Shown here: positions 1 to 9,561 of the stretch, one piece after another
Numbering within the stretch: the stretch's first letter is position 1
Layout: each line of letters opens with the position of its first letter
UHGV virus genome: UHGV-0189011
Length of the DNA: 12,541 bases
Reading direction: 5' to 3' (one strand)
DNA from: a virus
The notes under the pieces: model-generated
The model's input: only the letters and a program-made list of their open reading frames with translations
Databases searched by the model: none
What the model was told of the DNA's origin: nothing
Program-made: the position numbers and the translations under genes

Positions 1-40
1 CGCAGGCATTGTTATCAACCCGGCAACAGGGAGGAGCCCT

Positions 41-277
41 ATGCCCGTTATTGCCATTATCGCCATTGTTGCCATCGTCATCATTCTGAACAAAACCGGG
101 GTGTCCGACAGTCTCGCGGCCCTGACCCTTGCCACTGTTGCCGCACTGCTGACGGGAGGTGGCGCAGCCGGTGCTGCCAGTGTCGCGCTGACACCGTTCG
201 TCGGCGTGCCGGTGGGTATTTTCGTCGGCATTTATGTCTTTGCCAAAGTGGTACGTCTGATTTCAGGGAAAAAATAA
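41..277 (+). CDS. small inner-membrane protein (78 aa, two predicted TM helices)
   Basis: ATG at 41 preceded by GGGAGGAG (28-35); hydrophobic segments IAIIAIVAIVIIL and VGVPVGIFVGIYVFA separated by a Gly/Ala-rich linker; stop TAA 275-277 overlaps the next ATG (TAATG). Resembles YkfL/YpjK-type small membrane proteins (recalled). Confidence 0.6.
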   Translation: MPVIAIIAIVAIVIILNKTGVSDSLAALTLATVAALLTGGGAAGAASVALTPFVGVPVGIFVGIYVFAKVVRLISGKK

Positions 278-720
278 TGAAATGTAAAACACTACCTCTG
301 CTGGCGATGGTTGCCACCACTCTGTTTCTGAGCGCCTGCGATGACAGGAGTGATGACCTGAAAGCTATCAGTAAATTTAAGGACCTCACGCCTCCGCGCT
401 TCAGCGATGTGGTCAGTCGGCAGGATGATGTCAGCGAAGAATGGTCACAGGTTGGCTTTTCATCAGGTCTCACCCTGCAGGTCTTACGTACCCGTGAGTC
501 GCCCGATGGCTGCGAGGGCGGTAGTTACTACTACCTCGTGGATATGCAGGAAAAAACCATCCAGCCGCTGATGAATGCGCTGTGTATTGCCGATAACATC
601 AAACTGGAATACCAGGAGGTGACGGACCCGTATACCAAAGAAAAATACTTTGAGTACGCCCATGACGGCAAACTGATGGGGCAGCTACTGATACCCTCGA
701 ACCCTGACAATCAGGAATAA
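277..720 (+). CDS. yafY: lipoprotein (YafY/YfjS-like), 147 aa
   Basis: N-terminal signal peptide with lipobox LSAC followed by DD; ATG at 277 coupled to the upstream stop; stop TAA 718-720. Symbol is by recalled synteny with E. coli CP4-6 and is tentative. Confidence 0.6.
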   Translation: MKCKTLPLLAMVATTLFLSACDDRSDDLKAISKFKDLTPPRFSDVVSRQDDVSEEWSQVGFSSGLTLQVLRTRESPDGCEGGSYYYLVDMQEKTIQPLMNALCIADNIKLEYQEVTDPYTKEKYFEYAHDGKLMGQLLIPSNPDNQE

Positions 721-742
721 AACAACGACAAAGGAGACAAGA

Positions 743-1210
743 ATGACAATACTTTCACTAAGTCGGTTTATGCTGGCGGGTGTACTGCTCGCGAGCTTTA
801 ATGCCTCTGCTATCCCGGGGTTCTGGCAGCAGGGTTACGGTCAGGGCAATACGGAATACAGCGTGACCGAAGCCAGCGGAAAGACGTTTACCATCAACTG
901 CACAGGGAACCCGGACCAGAATGGTTTCTATCAGCATTCAGTCTTTCTTACCCTTGCCGATGACAAGATGGTCAGTTCGCACGATGACGACACTACTATC
1001 ACCGTAGTGATGGATCACCAGCAGTACATTATTCCGTCCAGCCTGGGCTGGCGTAACGGCGATAACGCCTGGTTTGACTTCATCAGCAATATCTCTGAGG
1101 CCGGGCAGTTCGACGTCTACGTCAATGACCACAAAGCAGGGACCTTCACTGCGGACCGGAAGAACACTGAGAAAGTTCTGTCCACTCTCGGAGACTGCAG
1201 CAACGACTGA
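743..1210 (+). CDS. secreted/periplasmic protein with cleavable signal peptide (YkfB/YfjT-like), 155 aa
   Basis: ATG at 743 with AAGGAG SD (731-736); N-terminal hydrophobic signal [23 protein letters not shown]; stop TGA 1208-1210. Confidence 0.6.
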   Translation: MTILSLSRFMLAGVLLASFNASAIPGFWQQGYGQGNTEYSVTEASGKTFTINCTGNPDQNGFYQHSVFLTLADDKMVSSHDDDTTITVVMDHQQYIIPSSLGWRNGDNAWFDFISNISEAGQFDVYVNDHKAGTFTADRKNTEKVLSTLGDCSND

Positions 1211-1236
1211 TAGTAGTATCTTCCCCAGCAAATCCA

Positions 1237-1271
1237 CCCCGACAGCTAGCAGGCTGCCGGGGTTTTCTTTT
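1237..1271 (+). terminator. putative rho-independent terminator between the secreted-protein gene and the DUF905 gene
   Basis: GC-rich hairpin ccccgacag/ctgccgggg (8 of 9 bp paired, 8-nt loop) at 1237-1262, immediately followed by the T-tract ttttctttt (1263-1271). Confidence 0.45.
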
Positions 1272-1286
1272 ATCAGGAGCCCGAAA

Positions 1287-1526
1287 ATGACCCAATCCGT
1301 GTTGCTGCCACCGGGGCCTTTCACCCGGAGACAAGCGCAAGCGGTCACTACCACGTACAGCAATATCACACTCGAAGACGACCAGGGCAGTCACTTCCGT
1401 CTGGTGGTTCGTGATACTGAAGGCCGGATGGTCTGGCGGGCATGGAACTTTGAGCCGGATGCCGGTGAAGGTCTTAACCGCTATATCCGCACCTCAGGCA
1501 TCCGTACAGACACGGCCACCCGCTGA
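1287..1526 (+). CDS. ykfF: DUF905 family protein (YkfF-like), 79 aa
   Basis: ATG at 1287 with AGGAG SD (1275-1279); product [20 protein letters not shown]... matches the recalled YkfF/DUF905 family. The longer ORF from 1074 is rejected because it overlaps the upstream gene and terminator. Confidence 0.7.
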   Translation: MTQSVLLPPGPFTRRQAQAVTTTYSNITLEDDQGSHFRLVVRDTEGRMVWRAWNFEPDAGEGLNRYIRTSGIRTDTATR

Positions 1527-1623
1527 TCGCGAAGCATTTACCCGCATTCACCTCCCCGAACACACTTTATATCCCCATACGCCAGCCATCGCCGCTGGCG
1601 TTTTTATTGACGGAGACATACCC

Positions 1624-2082
1624 ATGACAACACAGACGCAGCACGACCTCGCACCCGCTAACCAACCCGAATTTGAACTGACCGTCACGCCGGTCCCCGA
1701 TGAACAGCGTATCGATTTCTGGCCACAGTACTTTGGCGCTATCCCGCAGTGGCTACTCCTGGAGCCGCATATCTTCGCCTGGATGGATCGCTTCTGTGAG
1801 GGCTACAGCGGTGGTATCTGGTCGTTCTACACCCTCAGCAATGGCGGCGCATTTATGTCCCCCGAGCCTGACAACGATGAGACATGGCGTCTGTTTAACT
1901 GCCTGAACGGTAACGATGCCCAAATGAGTGCAGAAGCAGCAGGTATTGCTGTCTGCCTGATTGCGTATAGCCACCATGCCTGCCGTACAGAATGTGACGC
2001 GATGACCGCACACTATTACCGCCTGCGGGAGTATGCCATGCAACATCCAGAGGCTCACGCCATTCTGCGTATTATCGACTGA
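1624..2082 (+). CDS. yafX: antirestriction protein, KlcA/ArdB family (YafX/YfjX-like), 152 aa
   Basis: ATG at 1624 with GGAGA SD; product MTTQTQHDLAPANQPEFELTVTPVPDEQRIDFWPQYFG... is typical of the enterobacterial island antirestriction family; stop TGA 2080-2082. Confidence 0.75.
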   Translation: MTTQTQHDLAPANQPEFELTVTPVPDEQRIDFWPQYFGAIPQWLLLEPHIFAWMDRFCEGYSGGIWSFYTLSNGGAFMSPEPDNDETWRLFNCLNGNDAQMSAEAAGIAVCLIAYSHHACRTECDAMTAHYYRLREYAMQHPEAHAILRIID

Positions 2083-2097
2083 CCGAAGGAGCAACAG

Positions 2098-2574
2098 ATG
2101 AAACAGCTTTCCTTTTTACCCGGCGAGATGACGCCACAGGACCGGCGTCTCATTCAGCGGGCGCTCAGGGCTCTGGACCGCCACCTGCATGAGCCCGGCG
2201 TAGCCTTCACCTCTACCCACGCCGTACGTGAATGGCTGCGACTGCATATGGCCGCGCTTGAACGGGAAGAGTTCCGGGTGTTGTATCTGGACAACCAGAA
2301 TCAGTTGATTGCCCATGAAACGCTCTTCACCGGCACGATTAACCGCACCGAGGTGCATCCCCGGGAGGTGGTCAAACGTGCTCTGCACTTCAACGCGGCG
2401 GCGGTGATACTCGCGCATAACCATCCTTCCGGCGAGACGACACCTAGCCAGGCCGACAAAACCCTCACGCAGCGACTGGTTCAGGTGCTTCAGCTGGTGG
2501 ATATCCGTGTCCCTGACCATCTGATTGTCGGTGGCAGGCAAATCTATTCGTTCGCAGAACACGGTCTGCTTTGA
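2098..2574 (+). CDS. ykfG: RadC-like JAB/MPN domain protein (UPF0758; YkfG/YfjY/YeeS-like), 158 aa
   Basis: ATG at 2098 with GAAGGAG SD; JAMM-like motif HNHPSGETTPSQAD in the product; stop TGA 2572-2574. Confidence 0.8.
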   Translation: MKQLSFLPGEMTPQDRRLIQRALRALDRHLHEPGVAFTSTHAVREWLRLHMAALEREEFRVLYLDNQNQLIAHETLFTGTINRTEVHPREVVKRALHFNAAAVILAHNHPSGETTPSQADKTLTQRLVQVLQLVDIRVPDHLIVGGRQIYSFAEHGLL

Positions 2575-2582
2575 GGTATTAC

Positions 2583-2804
2583 ATGAAAATTATCAGTAAA
2601 CGCAGGGCAATGACGATATACCGCCAGCATCCTGAGTCCCGAATCTTTCGCTACTGCACCGGCAAATACCAGTGGCACGGTAGCGTCTGTCATTACACCG
2701 GCAGGGACGTTCCGGATATCGCCGGAGTCCTCGCGGTATACGCCGAACGCCGCCAGGACCGCAATGGGCCCTATACCTGCCTGATGAGCATCACCCTGAA
2801 CTGA
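2583..2804 (+). CDS. ykfH: DUF987 family protein (YkfH-like), 73 aa
   Basis: ATG at 2583 (the track ORF from 2571 begins with TTG); product MKIISKRRAMTIYRQHPESRIFRYCTGKYQWHG...; conserved position between the RadC-like gene and the antitoxin in CP4-type modules. Confidence 0.65.
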   Translation: MKIISKRRAMTIYRQHPESRIFRYCTGKYQWHGSVCHYTGRDVPDIAGVLAVYAERRQDRNGPYTCLMSITLN

Positions 2805-2822
2805 CAATAGTGGAGAACTGTA

Positions 2823-3502
<680 letters not shown>

Positions 3503-3567
3503 ACATTGCGTACAACCTTCCCGATTTACATTTCTGAACTTCCTCCCTTGTTTACCTATTGCGTAAT

Positions 3568-3604
3568 GCGCCTGCTACTACCCGGCAGGCGCGTTATCTT
3601 TTTA
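3568..3604 (+). terminator. putative rho-independent terminator downstream of the toxin gene
   Basis: Perfect 8-bp GC-rich inverted repeat gcgcctgc / gcaggcgc (3568-3575 and 3585-3592, 9-nt loop) followed by gttatcttttta. Confidence 0.5.
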
Positions 3605-3873
3605 CGGACAAACAATCATGCAACCAGAAGTTGAAGTATTAACCGATCATAATGAGCTAATTTGTTCGAGCTTTATTGAACACATTGCCAACACATTAAA
3701 TTTAGGAGTGGTGTACAACTAAACCTGCAGCCAAGGATGTATAGTGAGCGAAGCCCTATCAGGCCTTTTTGGTCAGTAGATAAGATTGATCTTCGTTGAT
3801 AGAATTTACTTACACCAGCTGTTACATTAAGATAATTTTTTGGTGGGAGAATGATAAGATCTTACGTAACAAT

Positions 3874-3929
3874 TTGATTTTAATGGTGCCGATAATAGGA
3901 GTCGAACCTACGACCTTCGCATTACGAAT
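3874..3929. repeat. attR-type direct repeat: copy of the 3' 46 nt of thrW (3884-3929) plus 10 bp of flank
   Basis: 3882-3929 is identical over 48 bp to 12453-12500; 3874-3929 matches 12445-12500 with one mismatch (offset 8571 bp). Identity stops exactly where the tRNA anticodon region begins (3930 c versus 12501 g). Confidence 0.9.
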
Positions 3930-4163
3930 CTGTAGCACCAATCATAACTATCTGTTTTAGCAAGCATTAACCGCATTCACTAAGCTATAGTTGATGGCAC
4001 AAACAGAAAGTTGATGCATGATGTTGTCATGCGTATGTCACAAATACGGCACAACAATCTTCAAATATGTAGACACACATCTACAGGAGAGCACAAAGCC
4101 TTGCAATACAGTGCAAAGCCTTGTGTGTCTCAGTTTTGTCCTGTGTGCCAGATATTGAATGGC

Positions 4164-4766
4164 CTACGCCTCCGGCAGTTCAGGCCAGATGACATCCGGC
4201 GCGGTGCTGGTATCTGTTACCGTCACCGCGTCAATGTAATCCAGCACGGCGTTAAGTCGGGTTGTTTCTGCCTGCGTCAGCTTCCGCCCGGCCTGTAATT
4301 TCAGTTGAATCAGACTAATGGAAGCCATTGCAGCATCAATCAGTGACTGGCGCTGTGCTTCTGCCGCGTCTACTGCGGCGCTATGCTGTGCCTCAGTATC
4401 GGTCACCCATTTCTCACCATCCCATTTATCGTATGGCGTTAATGGGGCGATAGTGGTTGTATTTTCAGGGTAATCACCCGGAGCGGTGATTTCTTTTGAT
4501 TCTCCTGTTTTGGTGCTATAGACCGTTTCACCGCGATGGTCTGGCACATATTCCCATGAGTTAAAATCTGCAGAACGGCAGATTGCATAACCAGCCTTAT
4601 GTGTGCCAGGGGCATCTAAACAGGAACATGCCGGAATGCCGATACCAACGGCAAGATATTCATTTGAAGTGGAAATATATTCCCGAGTTTCACCATCATA
4701 GCTATAGACGGTAATATTCCCCGCCTTCGTGGCAATAAGCTCGCTATTTAATACAGCGTTATCCAT
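4164..4766 (-). CDS. tail fiber assembly protein (Tfa; Caudovirales tail-assembly chaperone family), 200 aa
   Basis: Product has the Tfa family hallmarks (WEYVPDHRGETVYSTKTGE, EKWVTDTEAQ, VTDTSTAPDVIWPELPEA C-terminus), as in TfaE/TfaQ-type proteins; ATG at 4766 overlaps the fiber stop (TAATG); stop TAG 4164-4166. Confidence 0.8.
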   Translation of the reverse strand: MDNAVLNSELIATKAGNITVYSYDGETREYISTSNEYLAVGIGIPACSCLDAPGTHKAGYAICRSADFNSWEYVPDHRGETVYSTKTGESKEITAPGDYPENTTTIAPLTPYDKWDGEKWVTDTEAQHSAAVDAAEAQRQSLIDAAMASISLIQLKLQAGRKLTQAETTRLNAVLDYIDAVTVTDTSTAPDVIWPELPEA

Positions 4767-5500
4767 TATACAGCCCTCACGATAAAGTTAAATGCAATAT
4801 TTCGCGCACGTGTTTCCGTTGATGTTCTGGCAACACGTGATGCATCAAAATAATAATTCGCCTGTTTATATGTACCACCTGTCGCAATTGATGCGAGATT
4901 TGGTGTCAATGTTGAAGAGGTAAATGCGCCGACAGTATTATTATTTGGCCCCGTGGTCATATCCAAAAAGCTACCTGTAATATTTTGCAGCGTATCGCTC
5001 TGAGCACTCAATAACGCTCGCCCACTGTCCACTCCACGCCCATCATCCCAGCCACGAATAAACTCACCACGTAAATCAGGCAATTTATTTGTCGGGTAAG
5101 CCTTTGCCAGCTCCGGGTATTCTTCAGCAGAAAAAGCTGCACCATTGCATTTCAACCAGCCTGTCGGTGGTGTAGCTGAAGGCCACGGAACAGGCACACC
5201 AACAGGTAATGCAGAGCCTTCTCCCAAACCAAGGTTTGTGGTAATCGCTGTCGCCAGCTTTGCCACCAGTCCATCAACGTCACCATCATCGAGCGCGTCC
5301 AGTTCGGCGTTCGCGATAAACTGCCCCAGTACAGCCGCCATCGTCGACGGTTGGCGCAGCGCTTTACTGACCTGTGCGCTGGATGCTTTACCCGAGGAGA
5401 ATCCTTTCTTCAGTGCGGTTAGCGTCTCCCATTCCTCCTGCGAGGTAACATTTGCATTAGCATCTGTCGCAAACGCTTTAAAATCATTAGTTCCAGCCAT
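4766..5500 (-). CDS. short tail fiber protein with C-terminal phage tail-collar domain, 244 aa
   Basis: C-terminal motif WLKCNGAAFSAEEYPELAKAYP...LPDLRGEFIRGW is typical of the tail-collar domain; start chosen at ATG 5500 (GGGGGAG SD, TAATG overlap with the upstream stop) rather than the track start at 5518; immediately followed by the Tfa gene. Confidence 0.7.
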   Translation of the reverse strand: MAGTNDFKAFATDANANVTSQEEWETLTALKKGFSSGKASSAQVSKALRQPSTMAAVLGQFIANAELDALDDGDVDGLVAKLATAITTNLGLGEGSALPVGVPVPWPSATPPTGWLKCNGAAFSAEEYPELAKAYPTNKLPDLRGEFIRGWDDGRGVDSGRALLSAQSDTLQNITGSFLDMTTGPNNNTVGAFTSSTLTPNLASIATGGTYKQANYYFDASRVARTSTETRARNIAFNFIVRAV

Positions 5501-6180
5501 TAAAGTAATCTCCCCCATGCGCCGTCATCAAAACCGGCGATGTATTCGTTATCCATGTCAAATCCAAAGAATTTTGTTCCTTCGGACGGTGTTTCGACCG
5601 AGGGTGTTTCAACGCCGCCAGCCCATACACCAGCAGCTTTAACGGTGAGATAACCCTGTTTGATAGCGGCTATCAGTTCGAGTGACACATCAGAAATATC
5701 AGTCTCGGGAAAAACCCAGACCGATATCGTCATGTCCTGGTTATCGACGATCTGCATCTTCAGTCCAGAGCCTGCGGTAGCAGCGTCAAGGATGGGAGGC
5801 AGAGAGTCGTTCCGACCATCCCAGTTGTTGATAGCGATTTTCGCTTTCAGAATGATGCGGTACGTCTCATCACTCAGCGTCGTATAGCCAGAATCAGGAT
5901 CATATGGCCCTTGCCAGATGCCCTGGTCATATCCGAGCCCGTCAGTGTCCCAGCTGAAATAAACGCCGCTAATTGGCTGGCTGACTATACGACTACGCCC
6001 AATCCACAGGCCGAGGATATCGAGTTGCACGCCAACCGCCGTATCGATATCGAAGGCTGTTACAAGCCCTGACATAGTGCTGGACACATCAATCAGCGGG
6101 CGGGTGCTCAGATCTATATGGTCAAAAAAGAGTGGCTTGGTAGCGTGGTAGTTAGTGATCAGTTCGGTGTATTTGCTCAT
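5500..6180 (-). CDS. putative tail/baseplate structural protein, 226 aa
   Basis: Intact ORF coupled by ATGA overlap to the upstream gene; lies between a putative baseplate-like protein and the tail fiber; contains a [13 protein letters not shown] motif. Family not confidently recognised. Confidence 0.45.
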   Translation of the reverse strand: MSKYTELITNYHATKPLFFDHIDLSTRPLIDVSSTMSGLVTAFDIDTAVGVQLDILGLWIGRSRIVSQPISGVYFSWDTDGLGYDQGIWQGPYDPDSGYTTLSDETYRIILKAKIAINNWDGRNDSLPPILDAATAGSGLKMQIVDNQDMTISVWVFPETDISDVSLELIAAIKQGYLTVKAAGVWAGGVETPSVETPSEGTKFFGFDMDNEYIAGFDDGAWGRLL

Positions 6181-7277
6181 GAGGTCACCGTGATAGTGAT
6201 ATTCGCGGTGCTACAGGACGCCGAAGCATCATAGGCAATATCAATGTTTGATGCCGATACGCTGCCAGACGACTTACCGATCAGCAGGTCGGTAATATCG
6301 TAATAGCGGGCATTCCCGCCGCTCACAACGCCGAGGTTTGCCGGGGAATAAATACGGCTCAGCAGAACGTCGTCGCCAATTGTTAGGCCATTTATATAAT
6401 CGGCAACAGCCTGTTTAATCTGCTCGCCGATTTGAGAGGTATAGCCGGTAAAAACTTTCAGGGTAATGGCTACGAAAATTGGCACATCGGTAGAGCGCGA
6501 AAAACTGATGACGTGAGGATTACCATAAGTATCCGGCACTGTGACAGAAGTTGTCCCGTAGGTTGCCGTTCCCTGTCCTTTATTCCCCCTGATGGCCTGG
6601 GCAATTTCGGTAACATCCCCACCATCGACGATGGCGGAAATCGAGTGTGGCGGCAGCCCATTGCTGTCGGTTGCCCCCGTGTCGTTCTCATACAGTTTGT
6701 GACGTGTCACGCCAGCAATGTTAGCGATTGCACCGTCGACGCCTTCAAACGGTGTGACCGATGGTAGCGCGACGCTTTGCCCCTGCCGAATGCGCAGCTC
6801 TGCGTCGGTTTCAGCTGGTGAACCGACAGTAGCCGCAGCCGGGTTGGTTACCGACACCCAGCCGCGAGTCGGTGTGTTAATGGTGGTAATAGTCCCGGCC
6901 ATCGCCGCAACCGAACCGCTATTCGCACATGTGGCCGTAACCAGTACAGTACCGTCAACGCCGATCGCTACACTTGCGGGAAAATTCCAGATAATGCCGT
7001 TTTTATCCCGTGCGGAGCCATTCGTGATAGTTGTTCCCGCCGTACCGGTTAACAGAAGGTCAGCAGTAGAGTTTGTCGCTACTTTTCGCGTGATCCCGTT
7101 AATTTTCACATTGCTGCTATCTTCAACGCCAGAATACAGGCGAACACGCTCGCTTGTCGGGATCACGTTAGATGAGCCCAGAATCAGCAGCGCACCGAAG
7201 TTACGCCCGGTTGCCGCCGTCGCCGCCATAATCACATCAACGTTAACAACGTTGGAAACAGGTAAGCCCTGTGCCAT
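6177..7277 (-). CDS. putative tail/baseplate structural protein (possibly baseplate J-like), 366 aa
   Basis: ATG at 7277 with GGAGA SD; Thr/Gly/Ala/Val-rich beta-type composition; the [11 protein letters not shown] motif is reminiscent of baseplate J / gp6-like proteins (recalled, uncertain); positioned two genes upstream of the fiber. Confidence 0.45.
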   Translation of the reverse strand: MAQGLPVSNVVNVDVIMAATAATGRNFGALLILGSSNVIPTSERVRLYSGVEDSSNVKINGITRKVATNSTADLLLTGTAGTTITNGSARDKNGIIWNFPASVAIGVDGTVLVTATCANSGSVAAMAGTITTINTPTRGWVSVTNPAAATVGSPAETDAELRIRQGQSVALPSVTPFEGVDGAIANIAGVTRHKLYENDTGATDSNGLPPHSISAIVDGGDVTEIAQAIRGNKGQGTATYGTTSVTVPDTYGNPHVISFSRSTDVPIFVAITLKVFTGYTSQIGEQIKQAVADYINGLTIGDDVLLSRIYSPANLGVVSGGNARYYDITDLLIGKSSGSVSASNIDIAYDASASCSTANITITVTS

Positions 7278-7280
7278 AGA

Positions 7281-7844
7281 TTAATCTCCAAAAAATGATA
7301 CTGGTACATCCACCAGCAATTTGATGCCGTATTCGCGCACAACCTTACGGCGCAGTCGCACCGTCATGTCGTAACGGCGAACCCATTGCTGGTTGATAAG
7401 TTCGGGGAAAGGAGTCAGACCGGTATAGTCGCCAAGGGACAAACCAAGAGCGTTAAGCTCAGCATTATTTTGCGGGACAGATATGCCATCACGAAAACGG
7501 GACGCATAAGACATACCAGCCGGGCCATAGAACGACGCCATGCACTCGAACGTTTCATGCCTCCAGAGCTGAGCGCCCTCTTCAGTCTGCCAGGTGAATG
7601 CAGGGTTGTTATCAATGAGCAACCCGGTAACGCCAAACGCGCACCAGTTCGTTTCAACGGGTGGCAGTGGCGGCTGGTCTTTCTGCCAGCGCGGGCGAAC
7701 CATCCCAGCAGGCAAGCCGGAAACGTTGCGCATCCACTGACTTAACAGCCTGTCTAGCGCTTCGTCATAATCCGGATCGCCGCTGGTGGGTGTCAGCCAG
7801 CCGCGCTCTGTGCTGGTGTTATTGCTCAACGGGAGTTCCCCCAT
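7281..7844 (-). CDS. phage structural protein of unknown function (start uncertain)
   Basis: ORF is open from a TTG at 7907; the first ATG is at 7844, with no convincing SD; stop TAA 7281-7283 lies 4 nt upstream of the next start. Confidence 0.4.
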   Translation of the reverse strand: MGELPLSNNTSTERGWLTPTSGDPDYDEALDRLLSQWMRNVSGLPAGMVRPRWQKDQPPLPPVETNWCAFGVTGLLIDNNPAFTWQTEEGAQLWRHETFECMASFYGPAGMSYASRFRDGISVPQNNAELNALGLSLGDYTGLTPFPELINQQWVRRYDMTVRLRRKVVREYGIKLLVDVPVSFFGD

Positions 7845-8208
7845 CAAACGGCAGTAATTCACAATGCGCCTGGACAAAGCCAGCACCGTAAGCCGTGTAC
7901 GGGTCAACGAATGTCACACGATAATCACGGTTCTGGTACGTCACGATATCGGCGTCACGGCCAGTCTGCCCCTGCGTCAGCCGCTCAGTTGTCACGATGA
8001 GAATCGCGCCACTGATAACTTGCCCGGACTGCATACGGCGGTTCTCCAGGGAGCGGTCAACGGTAACAACTCCGGCAAACTGCGTTTTTACTTCGCTGTC
8101 ACTGCCGATCCCGTCATCGTCCACCGTTTGCACGCGACGCGTTACCCACAGGTTGAAGTCGCAAAAATCGGGGTCAAAAAGTACGTCCGTCACATCAAGA
8201 TTCGGCAT
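7819..8208 (-). CDS. putative head-tail joining / head-closure type protein, 129 aa
   Basis: ATG at 8208 with GAGGG SD; 14-nt overlap with the upstream gene; size and position after the connector genes. Family not confidently recognised. Confidence 0.4.
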   Translation of the reverse strand: MPNLDVTDVLFDPDFCDFNLWVTRRVQTVDDDGIGSDSEVKTQFAGVVTVDRSLENRRMQSGQVISGAILIVTTERLTQGQTGRDADIVTYQNRDYRVTFVDPYTAYGAGFVQAHCELLPFDGGTPVEQ

Positions 8209-8782
8209 CTTTATCCCTCACAACGTGGGTAATGGCTCTGCGGTACTGTCCGGTATCAATCAACGGCCTTACATTCTCATTGCTTATCAATTGACCAGAA
8301 TCTGGGTTGATAGCATTAAGCTTTCCATCTGCTGATCTGCGTGCTAACTCAGCTTTAGCCCCTTTGCGCCCTCGACGTGCTCGGGCCTCTACGGTGCTAT
8401 CAGCAAGCGGTGTAAAGCCGGTAATGGTCATGTAACGCCTGACGCCATTCGCGGCCAGCGTTCCGGCGCGGTTAAGCGCTCTTTCCGCACCCGCCGCATT
8501 TCCATCAAGCGCAGCCTGCGCCGCTGCTTTGAGCTGCGGCACCGTCTGTTCCTCTACGGATTTAACGCCGGGGATCAGGTGCGGGCGTGGGGGTATGTTT
8601 TGCGCTGGTGAGCCGTATTCGTTGACGTAACCGATCCCGGCATTACCAAACGGAACATCCTCACGCTCGCTGTCTTCTTCCGGGATGCCCACCAGCACAT
8701 CCTTTTTGGTTAGCGACCGGAGCGCATCCAGAATGGCCTGAGCGTTATCAACCCTCGTTGTTACACCACTTTTGAAACTCAT
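8195..8782 (-). CDS. putative head-tail connector component (HK97 gp10-like?), 195 aa
   Basis: ATG at 8782 overlaps the upstream stop (ATGA); [16 protein letters not shown] resembles the E-F/Y-G ... RPF signature recalled for the HK97 gp10 family (tentative). Confidence 0.45.
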   Translation of the reverse strand: MSFKSGVTTRVDNAQAILDALRSLTKKDVLVGIPEEDSEREDVPFGNAGIGYVNEYGSPAQNIPPRPHLIPGVKSVEEQTVPQLKAAAQAALDGNAAGAERALNRAGTLAANGVRRYMTITGFTPLADSTVEARARRGRKGAKAELARRSADGKLNAINPDSGQLISNENVRPLIDTGQYRRAITHVVRDKDAES

Positions 8783-9198
8783 AGCTGGCGACCGCCCGCA
8801 CCGAACATCGTGATCAGCTGATAAAATTCAGCGCCATATCGGGTGTTATTCCAGAAGCCTGCGTCAGGGTTTAGCGTCGCGCTGGTGTCATAGCTGACGC
8901 TTACCTTGTCAACGGACTTGGAGGACTGAACACCATTGGTTGAGCCACCCGGGCCGCCGACGAGCATTGCCCGGCTATCTGCCGCCCAGAGCGTCATGTA
9001 GTGAGCCACGAACAACTCGACAAAGTACGGAAACAACTCTTTGCCGGTGACGTTTTCGCTCAGCAGCACATCAGCCAGATTCAGACGAAACTGGATTTGT
9101 GCTTCGGGATATTTGGCAGGGTCAGCAAACTGTGGAAAGTCGCGCCGAAAATCACTTACTGTTGGCAGGCTTTGATTCTTTGGCATCTTTTGCCCCAT
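8779..9198 (-). CDS. putative head-tail adaptor protein, 139 aa
   Basis: Intact ORF overlapping both neighbours; position immediately after the capsid genes; alternative ATG start at 9186. Confidence 0.4.
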   Translation of the reverse strand: MGQKMPKNQSLPTVSDFRRDFPQFADPAKYPEAQIQFRLNLADVLLSENVTGKELFPYFVELFVAHYMTLWAADSRAMLVGGPGGSTNGVQSSKSVDKVSVSYDTSATLNPDAGFWNNTRYGAEFYQLITMFGAGGRQL

Positions 9199-9520
9199 TA
9201 CCGCCAGTCTGGGCGGCAGAAATCTGCGCTTGCAGGCTGTCGTTCTGCTCTTGCATCTTGAGCAGCGCTTCTTTCAGATCGGCAATCAGCTGATCTTTAT
9301 CGACAATCTGCGCTTGCAGGCTGTCGATAATGGGTTGCAGATCATCGGTGTCGCTAATCACGCTTTCGGAAAGCTCAGAGTGCGCCTGGGTGAACCAGTG
9401 CGACGCGACCTCTTCCGGTACGTTATGCCGTCCCCGGCCAAACTCCTGTTTTGACTGATCGCCCAGCGTCAGCGTAAACGGGGTGTGAACATGGATGGTA
9501 ACCAGCTTTTCTTTCGCCAT
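9152..9520 (-). CDS. small phage structural protein with coiled-coil C-terminal half, 122 aa
   Basis: ATG at 9520 with AAGGA SD; heptad-like region [35 protein letters not shown]; first gene after the capsid-gene hairpin. Confidence 0.45.
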   Translation of the reverse strand: MAKEKLVTIHVHTPFTLTLGDQSKQEFGRGRHNVPEEVASHWFTQAHSELSESVISDTDDLQPIIDSLQAQIVDKDQLIADLKEALLKMQEQNDSLQAQISAAQTGGNGAKDAKESKPANSK

Positions 9521-9535
9521 TTTCAGTTTCCTTCT

Positions 9536-9551
9536 GGCCCCTTTCGGGGCC
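9536..9551 (-). promoter_or_regulatory. stable GC stem-loop with GNRA (GAAA) tetraloop immediately downstream of the putative major capsid gene
   Basis: Minus-strand RNA reads GGCCCC-GAAA-GGGGCC, 11 nt after the capsid stop (9562-9564); no U-tract follows, so more likely an mRNA-stabilising or attenuating hairpin than a full terminator. Confidence 0.4.
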
Positions 9552-9561
9552 GTTCTGGTTA

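Noticed and set aside
81-473. 130-aa minus-strand ORF overlapping the membrane-protein and lipoprotein genes
   Set aside because: Antisense to two + strand genes with clear ribosome-binding sites and signal peptides; Arg/Ser-rich shadow-frame composition.
938-1394. Minus-strand ORFs 938-1369 and 1146-1394, and the + ORF extension 1074-1286
   Set aside because: They overlap the secreted-protein gene, the terminator hairpin and the DUF905 start; the DUF905 gene has its own ribosome-binding site at 1275-1279, and the extensions have no independent support.
1411-1623. Upstream extension of the antirestriction ORF (track start 1411)
   Set aside because: It overlaps the end of the DUF905 gene; the family-typical N-terminus MTTQTQ begins at 1624 with a GGAGA ribosome-binding site.
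3618-3722. Unlisted 34-codon ORF (MQPEVEVLTDHNELICSSFIEHIANTLNLGVVYN) in the intergenic region downstream of the terminator
   Set aside because: No Shine-Dalgarno sequence, AT-rich junction region, and no recognisable features; cannot be supported without conservation data.
4011-4298. 95-aa + strand ORF spanning the attR arm and the 3' end of the Tfa gene
   Set aside because: It overlaps the Tfa gene in antisense and starts in a repeat-rich non-coding arm; Cys/Arg-rich shadow composition.
6432-7284. + strand ORFs (6432-6767, 6718-7284) inside the 366-aa tail gene
   Set aside because: Antisense to a coupled structural operon; Arg/Cys/Pro-rich wrong-frame composition.
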